A stretch of DNA of 64,000 nt from Dermatophilaceae bacterium (GCA_039812545.1 JBDIAR010000001.1:1946-65945); one strand, 5' to 3'. Shown: positions 18,675 through 27,337, counted from the stretch's first letter. Translations and numbers: made by a program. The notes: a model not told the origin generated them from the sequence alone.

Positions 18675-18712
18675 TATACCCGGTATGCCGGCGACTGTAT
18701 ACCCGGTATGCC
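18675..18712. promoter_or_regulatory. Two perfect 15-bp direct repeats TATACCCGGTATGCC upstream of padR; candidate operator
   Basis: Copies at 18675-18689 and 18698-18712, each containing the palindrome ATACC-C-GGTAT. They lie 45-82 bp upstream of the padR start. Confidence 0.4.
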
Positions 18713-18729
18713 ATCGTCGGCAAGGGAGG

Positions 18730-19425
18730 TCAGCCCGCCGGATCACGCCGACGACGCAGCAGCTCGATCCCCACGATCACCGCGATGCCCACCAGACCCC
18801 CGATGCCGTTGGTCAGGACGTCGTTCTCCGAACACGTGCGATCGGTGAACACCGCCTGGTAGGTCTCGGTCAACCCCGTGGTCGCGACGACGATCGCGAG
18901 CGCGAGGATCCGCCGACGCATCGCCAGGGCGAGGGCGATCCCGAACGGCAGGTACAACGCCAGATTCGGGATGACGTCGTGTTTGAGCTCGCCACGATCC
19001 GTCGTCAGCCAGCCGCCGGCCAGGCAGGCGCGCAGTTCGGCACCGGGATCCGCCACCGGCGCGGGCCAGCCCACCCTCGGCACCCAGGTCGTCGCGATGA
19101 TCAGGTATGCCGCCATCCCGAGCAGGTATGCCACTCCTCGCCGAGGGCGGGTGCGTACCAGCACCGCGGTGACGATCAGCCCGAGCGCCGCGGCCACCAG
19201 CAGCGGGCCGCGCTGACCGTCGCGCAGCGCCCAATACGCCCCGGAGCCGCGCACCTTGGCCGCCCCCGCGACGGTCAGCACCAGGACGACGAGCGCGCCG
19301 ACCGCCAACGGGCCCCGGCCCACGGCATACCGACGCGACAACTCGGTGACGAGCAGACCGGCATACGAGGTGATCGCGAGCAGGGCGAGGAGCTCGCTCC
19401 ACCCGACCCCGAGCAATTGCCTCAC
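18730..19425 (-). CDS. VanZ-family membrane protein
   Basis: GTG 19425 overlaps the qor stop (GTGA). Multi-TM, with NLALYLPFGIAL...CSENDVLTNGIGGLVG typical of VanZ. Confidence 0.7.
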   Translation of the reverse strand: MRQLLGVGWSELLALLAITSYAGLLVTELSRRYAVGRGPLAVGALVVLVLTVAGAAKVRGSGAYWALRDGQRGPLLVAAALGLIVTAVLVRTRPRRGVAYLLGMAAYLIIATTWVPRVGWPAPVADPGAELRACLAGGWLTTDRGELKHDVIPNLALYLPFGIALALAMRRRILALAIVVATTGLTETYQAVFTDRTCSENDVLTNGIGGLVGIAVIVGIELLRRRRDPAG

Positions 19426-20402
19426 CAGGAGGTGAGCAGGATCTTGCCGATGTGGCCGGAGGCCTCCATCTCCTGCTGGGCCGCCCCGGCCTGCGGGAAG
19501 GGATACGTCGAGTTGACGACCGGGGCGACGACACCGGATTCGATCAGCGGCCAGACGTGTTCGCGCACGGCGGCGACGATGGCGCTCTTCTCCGAGACCG
19601 GCCGGGCGCGCAGCGAGGTCGCGACGACGGCGGCGCGCTTGGCCAGCAGCGCGGCGAGATTGAGTTCGGCCTTGATGCCGCCCTGCAACCCGATGACGAC
19701 GAGCCGGCCGCCGACGGCCAGCGCCGCCACATTGCGGGCGAGGTACTTGGCGCCCATGTTGTCGAGGATGACGTCGGCGCCCGCGCCGTCGGTGGCCGCC
19801 AGGAGTTCGGCGACGAAGTCCTGTTCGCGGTAGTCGATGAGGATCTCGGCGCCCAACTCCCGGCATACCCGCAGCTTCTCGGCGCTGCCGGCGGTGACGG
19901 CCACCCGGGCCCCGATCGCCCGCCCGAGTTGGATCGCCATCGTGCCGATCCCCGACGAACCGCCGTGGACGAGCAGCGTCTGGCCGGGTTGCAGGTTCGC
20001 GGTGAGGAAGACATTGGACCAGACCGTGCACACCACCTCCGGCAGCGCCGCGGCGTCGACCAGGGACACCCCGGCCGGCCGCGGCAGCACCTGGCCGGCC
20101 GGCACCGCGACCCGCTGGGCGTATCCTCCGCCGGACAGCACGGCACAGACCTCGTCCCCGACCTGCCAGCCGGGCGCCTCCGGCCCCAGCGCGGCGATCC
20201 GCCCACTCACCTCCAGGCCGGGGATGGGGGAGGCACCCGCGGGCGGCGGGTAGAACCCCTGGCGCTGCAGGACATCGGCGCGGTTCACGCCCGCGGCCTC
20301 GACGTCGATGAGGACCTCCCCGGGGCCGGGCACCGGGTCGGGTACCTCCACGACCTGCAGGTGGTCCGGGCCGCCGGGTGAACTGATACCGATCGCCTTC
20401 AT
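19422..20402 (-). CDS. qor: NADPH:quinone oxidoreductase (zeta-crystallin/MDR family)
   Basis: EVLIDVEAAGVNRADVLQRQGFYPPP and VHGGSSGIGTMAIQL. Confidence 0.9.
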   Translation of the reverse strand: MKAIGISSPGGPDHLQVVEVPDPVPGPGEVLIDVEAAGVNRADVLQRQGFYPPPAGASPIPGLEVSGRIAALGPEAPGWQVGDEVCAVLSGGGYAQRVAVPAGQVLPRPAGVSLVDAAALPEVVCTVWSNVFLTANLQPGQTLLVHGGSSGIGTMAIQLGRAIGARVAVTAGSAEKLRVCRELGAEILIDYREQDFVAELLAATDGAGADVILDNMGAKYLARNVAALAVGGRLVVIGLQGGIKAELNLAALLAKRAAVVATSLRARPVSEKSAIVAAVREHVWPLIESGVVAPVVNSTYPFPQAGAAQQEMEASGHIGKILLTSW

Positions 20403-21007
20403 GGCAGCAGCCTACGAGCCGCCCGCAGCGCCGCCGGCGTGTCCACATCGATCAGGGCTGCGGCTTCGACCTCGATCTCCTGTATGCCGGTCAACCGCGC
20501 CAGGACCGAGCGCAGGCTCGCGCCACTCGGGTCGGCCGGGAGGGCGGCGCGCAGGGCGGCGGTTCGGTAGAGCGCGAGCAGCGGCTGGCGACGGCCGGTC
20601 TCGTCCACGGCGACGACGGCATCCACCGCGCAGGTGTTCCGGAGCCGGGCGAGGTCACGGATCGCCGGTCCGGCGAACGGCTGGTCACCGGCGAGCAGGG
20701 CCACCCAGGCGCCCGTGACCAGCTGCAATGCGGCGGCCAGCCCCGCGACCGGCCCGCCCAGCGGGGGCTCCTCCCGGGTCCACGTCACGGCTCGACCGGT
20801 GGGGCGCTGCGGGCCGACGACGATGATCCGCGACCGGTTCGGCAGGCTGTCCAGGAGATGATCCAACACGCTGGCGACCCCGAGGGTGGCGGCCGTCTTG
20901 TCCGCACCGCCGTGTCGCGAGCTGCGTCCCCCGGCCAGCACGACGACCTCCAGGGCGTCGAGCGAACCAGCCGAACCGCCTCCCGAACCGGACTCAGCCG
21001 GCGGCAT
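20399..21007 (-). CDS. mobA: Molybdenum cofactor guanylyltransferase (MobA-like NTP transferase)
   Basis: VVLAGGRSSRHGGADK, PLGGPVAGL, LLAGDQPF. Stop overlaps the qor start (ATGA). Confidence 0.7.
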   Translation of the reverse strand: MPPAESGSGGGSAGSLDALEVVVLAGGRSSRHGGADKTAATLGVASVLDHLLDSLPNRSRIIVVGPQRPTGRAVTWTREEPPLGGPVAGLAAALQLVTGAWVALLAGDQPFAGPAIRDLARLRNTCAVDAVVAVDETGRRQPLLALYRTAALRAALPADPSGASLRSVLARLTGIQEIEVEAAALIDVDTPAALRAARRLLP

Positions 21008-22031
21008 TCGGCACGAGCGCCGGGCAGGCCGTGCCGGGGCTGACGGTCATCTCGAAATGCCACGGTTCGTTGACGTAGCGCCGGCAGATGCCCCACTTGT
21101 AGCCGTTGGTCTCCAGCCACGCCGCGCCCGTGCCGATGTCCAGCGCCTCGCCCCGGACGTGCATCGAGTACTGCGGCGGTAACACCCATTGCGAGGCCGC
21201 GAGCTCCGAGCCGTGCCGGGCCACCGCCTTGGCGTGCAACTCCTCCTGCTTGGCCCAGGATCGCGACCCCGAGGACAACACCAGGTCGACCCCTTCGTTG
21301 CCCGCTTGGGTCTGGGCGGCCAGGAACGCGGTCCGCAGCGCCGGGTCCATCCGCGGCACGACCGTCGGGTCGGCCGGCTTGGGCAGCGCGGGGACGCCGG
21401 GCAGGACGAACACCTCGGTCGGCTTGGCGGCGGGCGTCGGGTTCGCCGTGGGCTTGGCGGTCGGCTTGGCGGACGGAGTCGGGTTCGCCGTGGGTTTGGC
21501 GCTCGCGGCACCGGTCGGGCGGGCGGCCTGGGGAGTCGGCGCCACCGCCGGGGCCGACGGAGCGGCCGCGGCCTGCTGTAGGGCGCTCTCGGTGTTCGTG
21601 ATCAGGGTGCGGGCCGGTTCGAGCAGACCGGACTCGAGCGGCATACCGGAGAAGGAGACCCCGCTCTGCTCGCCGGCCGTCGCAGCCGAACCCGACCGCG
21701 CGCGGACGACGGCCGTGGTCGTCGTCCCGACGATCACCAGGGCCAGGACGGCGACGGTGCGGCGGCGGCGACGGTACATCCGGGCTCGCGCGGCGCGTCG
21801 CCGGGCCAGGTAGGCCGCGTGCTGGGTCGCGAGTTCGTCGGTGCCGAACGTGCCCGCAGGGCCGGGCCGGCCGGCCGGCCGTATGCCCTGATGTGTGCCC
21901 GGCCGGTATGCCGGACGCACCGTCGCCGGCGACGTCACCGTCGGCGGGATGTAGGTGTTCTCGACGAACTCGGGCTCCCCGCCGGGCCGCGGCGCGACGT
22001 CGAGCGAGCCGCTCTCGGGCTGTGCGCTCAT
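20994..22031 (-). CDS. Membrane-anchored VanY-like D-Ala-D-Ala carboxypeptidase (peptidase M15B)
   Basis: ATG 22031 follows GAGGAG. TM anchor, Ala/Pro/Thr/Lys-rich linker, then SSGSRSWAKQEELH...SMHVRGEALDI...EPWHFE (H-x-D...H zinc site). Confidence 0.8.
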   Translation of the reverse strand: MSAQPESGSLDVAPRPGGEPEFVENTYIPPTVTSPATVRPAYRPGTHQGIRPAGRPGPAGTFGTDELATQHAAYLARRRAARARMYRRRRRTVAVLALVIVGTTTTAVVRARSGSAATAGEQSGVSFSGMPLESGLLEPARTLITNTESALQQAAAAPSAPAVAPTPQAARPTGAASAKPTANPTPSAKPTAKPTANPTPAAKPTEVFVLPGVPALPKPADPTVVPRMDPALRTAFLAAQTQAGNEGVDLVLSSGSRSWAKQEELHAKAVARHGSELAASQWVLPPQYSMHVRGEALDIGTGAAWLETNGYKWGICRRYVNEPWHFEMTVSPGTACPALVPNAAG

Positions 22032-22191
22032 GGCTGGCTCCTCGGGCTCCGCGGCCGGCACGGCTGGATCGGGTGGGCTGGTGGCTGACCTGCAGGTGGG
22101 CGACGGCGGCACCGTGACCCAATCGTCACATTAGGTATCACACGTCACTACTTCAACGAGCCGCGCCGAAGCCGGCACCGCTCTCTTGCGC

Positions 22192-22223
22192 CATATACCG
22201 AGTATGTAGATACTGGGTATATG
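22192..22223. promoter_or_regulatory. 14-bp inverted repeat overlapping the start codon of the second VanY-like gene
   Basis: CATATACCGAGTAT (22192-22205), spacer GTAG, ATACTGGGTATATG (22210-22223). 13 of 14 positions are complementary, and the ATG is 22221-22223. Confidence 0.35.
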
Positions 22224-22871
22224 ACCTCGGGACCCATTCCGGTGACGGCCGCCCTGCTCGTTCGGTCGCGCTCGCGGATCCGCCGTCGGCGACTCCGCAC
22301 CGGCTCGGTCGCGCTGACCGCCGTGGTCCTCATCGCGGGAGTCGGCACGCTCGGCTCGGCACTGCGCCGCGACGGGTCTGCCGGTGCGCCCGGCGCCGCC
22401 GGCATACCTGAGATTCTCGGCATCGTCGGCCACTCGAAGGCCCCCGGCGGCTCGGCGGACCCGGGCAACTCGGACGGCCCGTTCGCCGGCCAGTATGTCG
22501 GTCGGGCGCTGCGGCCCGACCTCGCCGCAGCGCTTCGTTCGGCGACCGAAGCCGCTGCGCACCAAGGATTTTCGCTGGTCGTAACCTCGGGCTTCCGATC
22601 CTGGCAGGCCCAACAACGGCTCTTCGACCAGGCGGTCCGACGCTACGGCGGAGCGGTCGAAGCCGCCCGCTGGGTCCTGCCACCCGAACGCTCCCAGCAC
22701 GTGCAGGGTGCGGCGGTGGACGTCGGGGACCGGGCCGCGGCGGGCTGGCTGGAGGCGAACGGGTCGACCTGGGGGCTGTGTCGCCGCTACGAAAACGAGT
22801 GGTGGCACTTCGAACTGCTCACGTCCCCGGGGGGATCCTGCCCGGCACCGGCGCCCTCCGCGGGCGGGTGA
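22221..22871 (+). CDS. VanY-like D-Ala-D-Ala carboxypeptidase (peptidase M15B), paralog of 20994..22031
   Basis: TM anchor, then TSGFRSWQAQQRLF...SQHVQGAAVDV...EWWHFE. Confidence 0.85.
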   Translation: MTSGPIPVTAALLVRSRSRIRRRRLRTGSVALTAVVLIAGVGTLGSALRRDGSAGAPGAAGIPEILGIVGHSKAPGGSADPGNSDGPFAGQYVGRALRPDLAAALRSATEAAAHQGFSLVVTSGFRSWQAQQRLFDQAVRRYGGAVEAARWVLPPERSQHVQGAAVDVGDRAAAGWLEANGSTWGLCRRYENEWWHFELLTSPGGSCPAPAPSAGG

Positions 22872-22872
22872 C

Positions 22873-22909
22873 GAAGGGGCGGCCCCCGTTGTGCGGGGAC
22901 CGCCCCTTC
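22873..22909. terminator. GC-rich hairpin between convergent genes (16-bp stem with 1 mismatch)
   Basis: GAAGGGGCGGCCCCCG, loop ttgtg, CGGGGACCGCCCCTTC. Confidence 0.6.
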
Positions 22910-22960
22910 GCCTGTCGTCCGCTGTGAGCTGATGTGCCGGCGGAAGTATGCGGGCCGACC

Positions 22961-23203
22961 TTACGCGGCGGAGGCGACCTGGTGGTGGCGCCCGGTGTTG
23001 CTGGTCGGCACGGTCCGGACCGCGGTCACCCGGGACCAGTCGACGACGACGTCGCCGCCGCTGATCAGGTCGCGCTCGGTGGTGATCTGCGAGGTGCCGG
23101 TGCCCTCGGCGTCGCAGGCCTCGGCCGGTTCGAGGATCGCCTCGACCTGGTAGGTCCGCTGGTCGAAGTCGAACTCGACGACCACGGTGGTGGTGGTTCC
23201 CAT
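22961..23203 (-). CDS. Hypothetical small protein (80 aa)
   Basis: ATG 23203 lies 6 nt after AGGAG. Starts MGTTTTVVVEFDFDQRTYQVEAILEP. High GC3, unlike the upstream extension of the ORF. Confidence 0.5.
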   Translation of the reverse strand: MGTTTTVVVEFDFDQRTYQVEAILEPAEACDAEGTGTSQITTERDLISGGDVVVDWSRVTAVRTVPTSNTGRHHQVASAA

Positions 23204-23616
23204 TGCTGCTCCTGCTTGTCTGCCCGCCCTGAAAGTCTGTCGAGCAATATCGTCGGCGGCAGATCTTGACGAGTCGCTCAGGAAGTATTGACGTTCCATT
23301 AACACCTGACGTAGTTCGCCGCGGCATTTGTCGGTCCTCTCAGGATCGCGGATTTCCTTGGTGCTCAACGGTATTCGCAGTCAATAGGGCGAACCAGCGA
23401 TAGGCGATAAAACGGACAATTGCCGAACTTCATCGGTTATCCCCTCGCCCTTTCGAGGTGAAATGTCCGTTTTGCTCCGCTTGTCCGATCAGTCGTTCCG
23501 GACCTCGTCGGGGGCGTTCTTCATGTTCCACATAGTTATTCAGGACCATCTTCAGGCTGGGCGCTCCCGGCGGTCCCGCCCGCGGCCTCGCTCACGAACG
23601 CGGCACCTGCCGCCGT

Positions 23617-23649
23617 GGCGGCTCACGAGCACCTCGGCGGCTCACGAGC
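23617..23649. promoter_or_regulatory. 14-bp perfect direct repeat GGCGGCTCACGAGC x2 (plus a degenerate third copy at 23586-23600) upstream of hutH
   Basis: Copies at 23617-23630 and 23636-23649, which is 24-56 bp before the hutH ATG. Confidence 0.3.
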
Positions 23650-23672
23650 GCTTGGCCTGGTTCCATTGAGCC

Positions 23673-25313
23673 ATGACCCCGGCCGTTCCCGATCTCCCCA
23701 CCCGCGTCCCCGATGCCGCCGGCCCCGATCCCGCCGGCCCCGCAGCCGACGAACCAACCGAACCCGTCGTCATCGGCGAACACCCCCTGCGGGTCGAGGA
23801 CGTCGTCCGGGTCGCTCGTCCCGGACCCCGCCCGCCCCGGATCTCGATCGCCGAACCCGCGCTGGCCCGGATCGCCGCCGCCCGCGACATCGTCGACGCC
23901 CTCGCCGACGACGTCGCACCCCATTACGGGGTATCGACCGGGTTCGGCGCCCTGGCCACCCGCCACATCCCCGTCGAGCTGCGGGCCCAACTTCAACGCT
24001 CCCTCGTGCGGTCGCACGCGGCCGGCAGCGGCCCCGAGGTCGAGACCGAGGTCGTGCGCGCCCTGATGGTGTTGCGCTTGGCCACCTTGACGACGGGACA
24101 CACCGGCGTGAGCGTCGAAACCGCTCAGACGTATGCCGCGATGTTGTCTGCGGGGATCACCCCGATCGTCCACGAATACGGCTCCCTCGGCTGCTCCGGC
24201 GACCTGGCGCCCTTGGCCCATTGCGCGCTCGCCGCCATCGGCGAGGGCCCGGTTCGGCTCGCCGACGGTCGCCGAGTCCCGGCGCAGGAGGCCCTGGCGG
24301 CATACGGCATACCGCCCGTCGTGCTGCGCGAGAAGGAGGGCCTGGCGCTGATCAACGGCACCGACGGCATGCTCGGCATGCTCTGCCTGGCGATCGCGGA
24401 CCTGACGATGTTGCTGCGGACCGCGGATCTCACGGCCGCGATGAGCGTGGAGGGCCTGCTCGGCACCGACCACGTCTTCGCCGCCGACCTGCAAGCCCTG
24501 CGGCCGCACCCCGGTCAGGCGGCCTCCGCCGCGAACCTGCGCCGACTCCTCGCCGACAGCCAGATCCGCGCCAGCCACGACACCCCGGACTGCCCGCGGG
24601 TTCAGGACGCGTACTCGCTGCGGTGCGCTCCGCAGGTCCACGGCGCCGCCCGGGACACCCTCGACCACGTCACGCGGGTGGCCGAGCGGGAACTCGCCTC
24701 GGCCATCGACAACCCGGTGGTCACCGCCGACGGACGCGTCGAGTCGAACGGCAATTTCCACGGTGCGCCGATCGGGTACGCCCTCGACTTCCTCGCAATC
24801 GTGGCCGCCGACGTCGCCTCGATGAGCGAACGCCGCACCGACCGGTTCCTCGACAAGGCCCGCAACGCCGGGCTCAACCCGTTCCTCGCCGACGACCCCG
24901 GCGTCGACAGCGGCCACATGATCGCCCAATACACCCAGGCCGCCATCGTCTCCGAACTCAAACGACTCGCGGTCCCGGCCAGCGTCGACTCCATCCCGAG
25001 TTCGGCGATGCAGGAGGACCACGTCTCGATGGGCTGGTCGGCCGGCCGCAAGCTGCGCCGCTCGATCGACGGGCTCACCCGCGTCATCGCCGTCGAACTG
25101 CTCACCGCGGCACGTGGCATCGCGTTGCGGGCGCCGCTGCACCCCGCCCCGGCCCACGGCGCCGTCATCGACGCCCTGCGCGAGCGACTCCCCGACGCCG
25201 CACGCCCCGGCACCGACCGGTTCCTCGCCCCCGAGATCGAAGCCGCCGTGGCCCTGGTCGGCGACGGCGGCGCGCTGGCGGCGGCGGAGTCCGTCATCGG
25301 CCACCTGGAGTGA
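23673..25313 (+). CDS. hutH: Histidine ammonia-lyase
   Basis: YGVSTGFGALA and GSLGCSGDLAPLAH (MIO tripeptide position, here Cys-Ser-Gly at 24192-24200), plus NGNFHGAP and QEDHVSMG. Confidence 0.9.
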   Translation: MTPAVPDLPTRVPDAAGPDPAGPAADEPTEPVVIGEHPLRVEDVVRVARPGPRPPRISIAEPALARIAAARDIVDALADDVAPHYGVSTGFGALATRHIPVELRAQLQRSLVRSHAAGSGPEVETEVVRALMVLRLATLTTGHTGVSVETAQTYAAMLSAGITPIVHEYGSLGCSGDLAPLAHCALAAIGEGPVRLADGRRVPAQEALAAYGIPPVVLREKEGLALINGTDGMLGMLCLAIADLTMLLRTADLTAAMSVEGLLGTDHVFAADLQALRPHPGQAASAANLRRLLADSQIRASHDTPDCPRVQDAYSLRCAPQVHGAARDTLDHVTRVAERELASAIDNPVVTADGRVESNGNFHGAPIGYALDFLAIVAADVASMSERRTDRFLDKARNAGLNPFLADDPGVDSGHMIAQYTQAAIVSELKRLAVPASVDSIPSSAMQEDHVSMGWSAGRKLRRSIDGLTRVIAVELLTAARGIALRAPLHPAPAHGAVIDALRERLPDAARPGTDRFLAPEIEAAVALVGDGGALAAAESVIGHLE

Positions 25314-25484
25314 CCGGGACAGACCCGCCGCCACCTGGCATACACTCGGACGCCGTTCACCGTCAGCGCGTAGCATCGATCACGACGCTCTGAGCCATAC
25401 GGCGGCCCGCCCCGGCGGGATCAGCCGACGGGATTCACCTGCACAGCCGTCCCACAACGTCGTGGGGCCTACGAGGGAGTGGGA

Positions 25485-26804
25485 ATGACGAGCTACTGGG
25501 CGGACCACGCGTGGCTGCCACGCGGGCTCACGGCGCGGGTGCGGATCCGAGTGAGCCAGGGCCTGATCGCCGGCATCGAAACCGACGTCGACGCGACCTC
25601 CGGTGACGTCCGGCTGCGCGGCGTCGTCCTGCCGGGACTGGCCAACGCCCACAGCCACGCCTTCCACCGAGCCCTGCGCGGGCACGTCCAGGAGCACGCG
25701 AGCAATATCTTGACCTGGCGTGACCGCATGTATGCCATTGCCCGCCAGTTGAATCCGGACACTTACCTGGCGCTGGCCCGGGCCGTCTACTGCGAGATGG
25801 CGCTGGCGGGTTACACGCTGGTCGGCGAGTTCCACTACGTCCACCACCGCCCGAACGGCAAGCCCTACGGCGATCCCAATGTGATGAGCCAGGCGCTGCG
25901 CCAGGCGGCCTCCGAGGCCGGGGTCCGGCTGACGATCCTCGACAGCGCGTACTTCCACGGCGCCCTGACCGGTGAGGGGCACCTGCCGCTCGACGAGGTC
26001 CAGGCCAGGTTCGGCGATCCCTCCGTGGGTGCTTGGCTGACCCGGGCCGATCAGCGCATCGAGACCCCCAAGTGCCGGCTCGGGTATGCCGCCCACTCCA
26101 TCCGGACTGTGTCTCGCGACGAACTCGCCGAACTCGTCGCCGCGGTCGGCGACCGTCCGCTGCACGTGCACCTGTCCCAGCAGCCCGCGGAGAACCTCGC
26201 CGCCCAGATGTACTACGGCCAGAGCCCGGCGCGGCTGCTGGACAGCGCCGGGGCGCTCGGCCCACGCACCACGGTCGTGCACGCCACGCACCTGTCGGAC
26301 GAGGACATCCACCTGATCGGCGGCACCGGGACCGGCAGCTGCATCTGCCCGACGACCGAACGCGACCTGGCCGACGGGATCGGCCCGGCCCGACGCCTGC
26401 ACGACGCGGGTTCGCCGATCAGTCTGGGCAGCGACAGCCACGCCGTCGTGGACGCCTTCGAGGAGTTGCGGGCGCTGGAGATGAACGAGCGGGTGGCCAC
26501 CAACGAGCGCGGCCGGTTCGACACCGGGGACCTCATCCTGGCCGGTTCGTTCAACGGCTATCGCTCGCTGTGCTGGGACGACGGTGGTCACCTCAGCACG
26601 GGGGCGCTCGCGGATTTCGTCGTCGTCAAGCAGGATTCGGTCAACACGGCGGGCTGCCAGCCGGGCCAGATGATCTATGCCGCGACGACCCAGGACATCG
26701 AGACCGTGGTCGTCGGTGGGACGGTGATCGCCGCGGGTGGGCAGCATCGCCTCGGGCCGGTCGGCCCGATGCTCAAGGCCGCGATTGCCCCCTTCTGGGA
26801 CTGA
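25485..26804 (+). CDS. hutF: Formimidoylglutamate deiminase
   Basis: ATG 25485 follows AGGGAG. YWADHAWLPRGL...LPGLANAHSHAFHRALRG, an amidohydrolase fold next to hutH. Confidence 0.8.
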   Translation: MTSYWADHAWLPRGLTARVRIRVSQGLIAGIETDVDATSGDVRLRGVVLPGLANAHSHAFHRALRGHVQEHASNILTWRDRMYAIARQLNPDTYLALARAVYCEMALAGYTLVGEFHYVHHRPNGKPYGDPNVMSQALRQAASEAGVRLTILDSAYFHGALTGEGHLPLDEVQARFGDPSVGAWLTRADQRIETPKCRLGYAAHSIRTVSRDELAELVAAVGDRPLHVHLSQQPAENLAAQMYYGQSPARLLDSAGALGPRTTVVHATHLSDEDIHLIGGTGTGSCICPTTERDLADGIGPARRLHDAGSPISLGSDSHAVVDAFEELRALEMNERVATNERGRFDTGDLILAGSFNGYRSLCWDDGGHLSTGALADFVVVKQDSVNTAGCQPGQMIYAATTQDIETVVVGGTVIAAGGQHRLGPVGPMLKAAIAPFWD

Positions 26805-26828
26805 TCGCGGCCCGCTGCGGGATCGACG

Positions 26829-27101
26829 TCAGGCGTCCTTGGCCTTCGGCGCGTGGCCGGCGGAGTCGATGTAGTACTGGGCCGCCTTGCGCTGCGCGGC
26901 GGTGCGGGCGGCTCCGACCGCCAGCCCGGTGAGTGCCGCGAAGGCCAACGCCTCGCCCCAGCCGGTCTCCTCCACATCGGTGGGGTCGACGGGGACCTCG
27001 CGACCGGAGCTCTTCCACAGGGCCGAGACGAGCTTGTTCGCAACCAGCCCGGCCAGGACGGCCGAACCCGTGCCGAGGATCTTCCACGCCGCCGAACCCA
27101 T
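26829..27101 (-). CDS. DUF4235-like small membrane-associated protein
   Basis: 90 aa. MGSAAWKILGTGSAVLAGLVANKLVSALWK...WGEALAFAALTGLAVGAARTAAQRKAA. Confidence 0.65.
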   Translation of the reverse strand: MGSAAWKILGTGSAVLAGLVANKLVSALWKSSGREVPVDPTDVEETGWGEALAFAALTGLAVGAARTAAQRKAAQYYIDSAGHAPKAKDA

Positions 27102-27235
27102 ATGACTCGCCTACCCGTCGCCTGTGTGTGCTTGGTCTGGTACGTGTGCATCGTCTGCGACCCGCGCCCGGTCCGAGGCGGCCGGGGCGTTGATCATGTC
27201 CGACTGTGCCACGCCGAAGGGTGTACCGTCATCTC

Positions 27236-27333
27236 ACCAACGACAGGGGAGCGCGATAGCGCTGAGAGTGCGGCCCACCCACGGGCCGCAGACCCTCGAA
27301 CCTGCTCCGGTTAGCACCGGCGAAGGGAGTCAG
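27236..27333 (+). promoter_or_regulatory. TPP (THI-box) riboswitch
   Basis: ACAGGGGAGCGCGAUAGCGCUGAGAGUGCGGCCC...GCAGACCCUCGAACCUGCUCCGGUUAGCACCGGCGAAGGGAG. CUGAGA, ACCCU, GAACCUG and the CGGUUAGCACCGGCG..AGGGA core are all present. The 3' AGGGAG doubles as the RBS of the next gene. Confidence 0.9.
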
Positions 27334-27337
27334 CTGT

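Noticed and set aside
23204-23368. N-terminal extension of the small ORF (MSTKEIRDPERTDKCRGELRQVLMERQYFLSDSS...).
   Set aside because: Codon usage is atypical and low-GC3 (TTA, CAA, AGA, ATT). A good AGGAG-ATG start lies at 23203, further downstream in the same minus-strand ORF. The extension falls in the low-GC non-coding island.
23463-23669. A 68-aa plus-strand ORF in the hutH upstream region.
   Set aside because: The first half is low-GC with no RBS. The second half is an Arg/Ser/Pro shadow translation of the direct repeats. No homology was recognised.
24192-24200. The MIO-forming tripeptide of histidine ammonia-lyase reads Cys-Ser-Gly instead of the textbook Ala-Ser-Gly.
   Set aside because: The first residue contributes backbone atoms only, so substitution is chemically tolerable. 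I believe, from memory and unverified, that actinobacterial HutH proteins commonly carry this variant. It is probably lineage-typical rather than anomalous.
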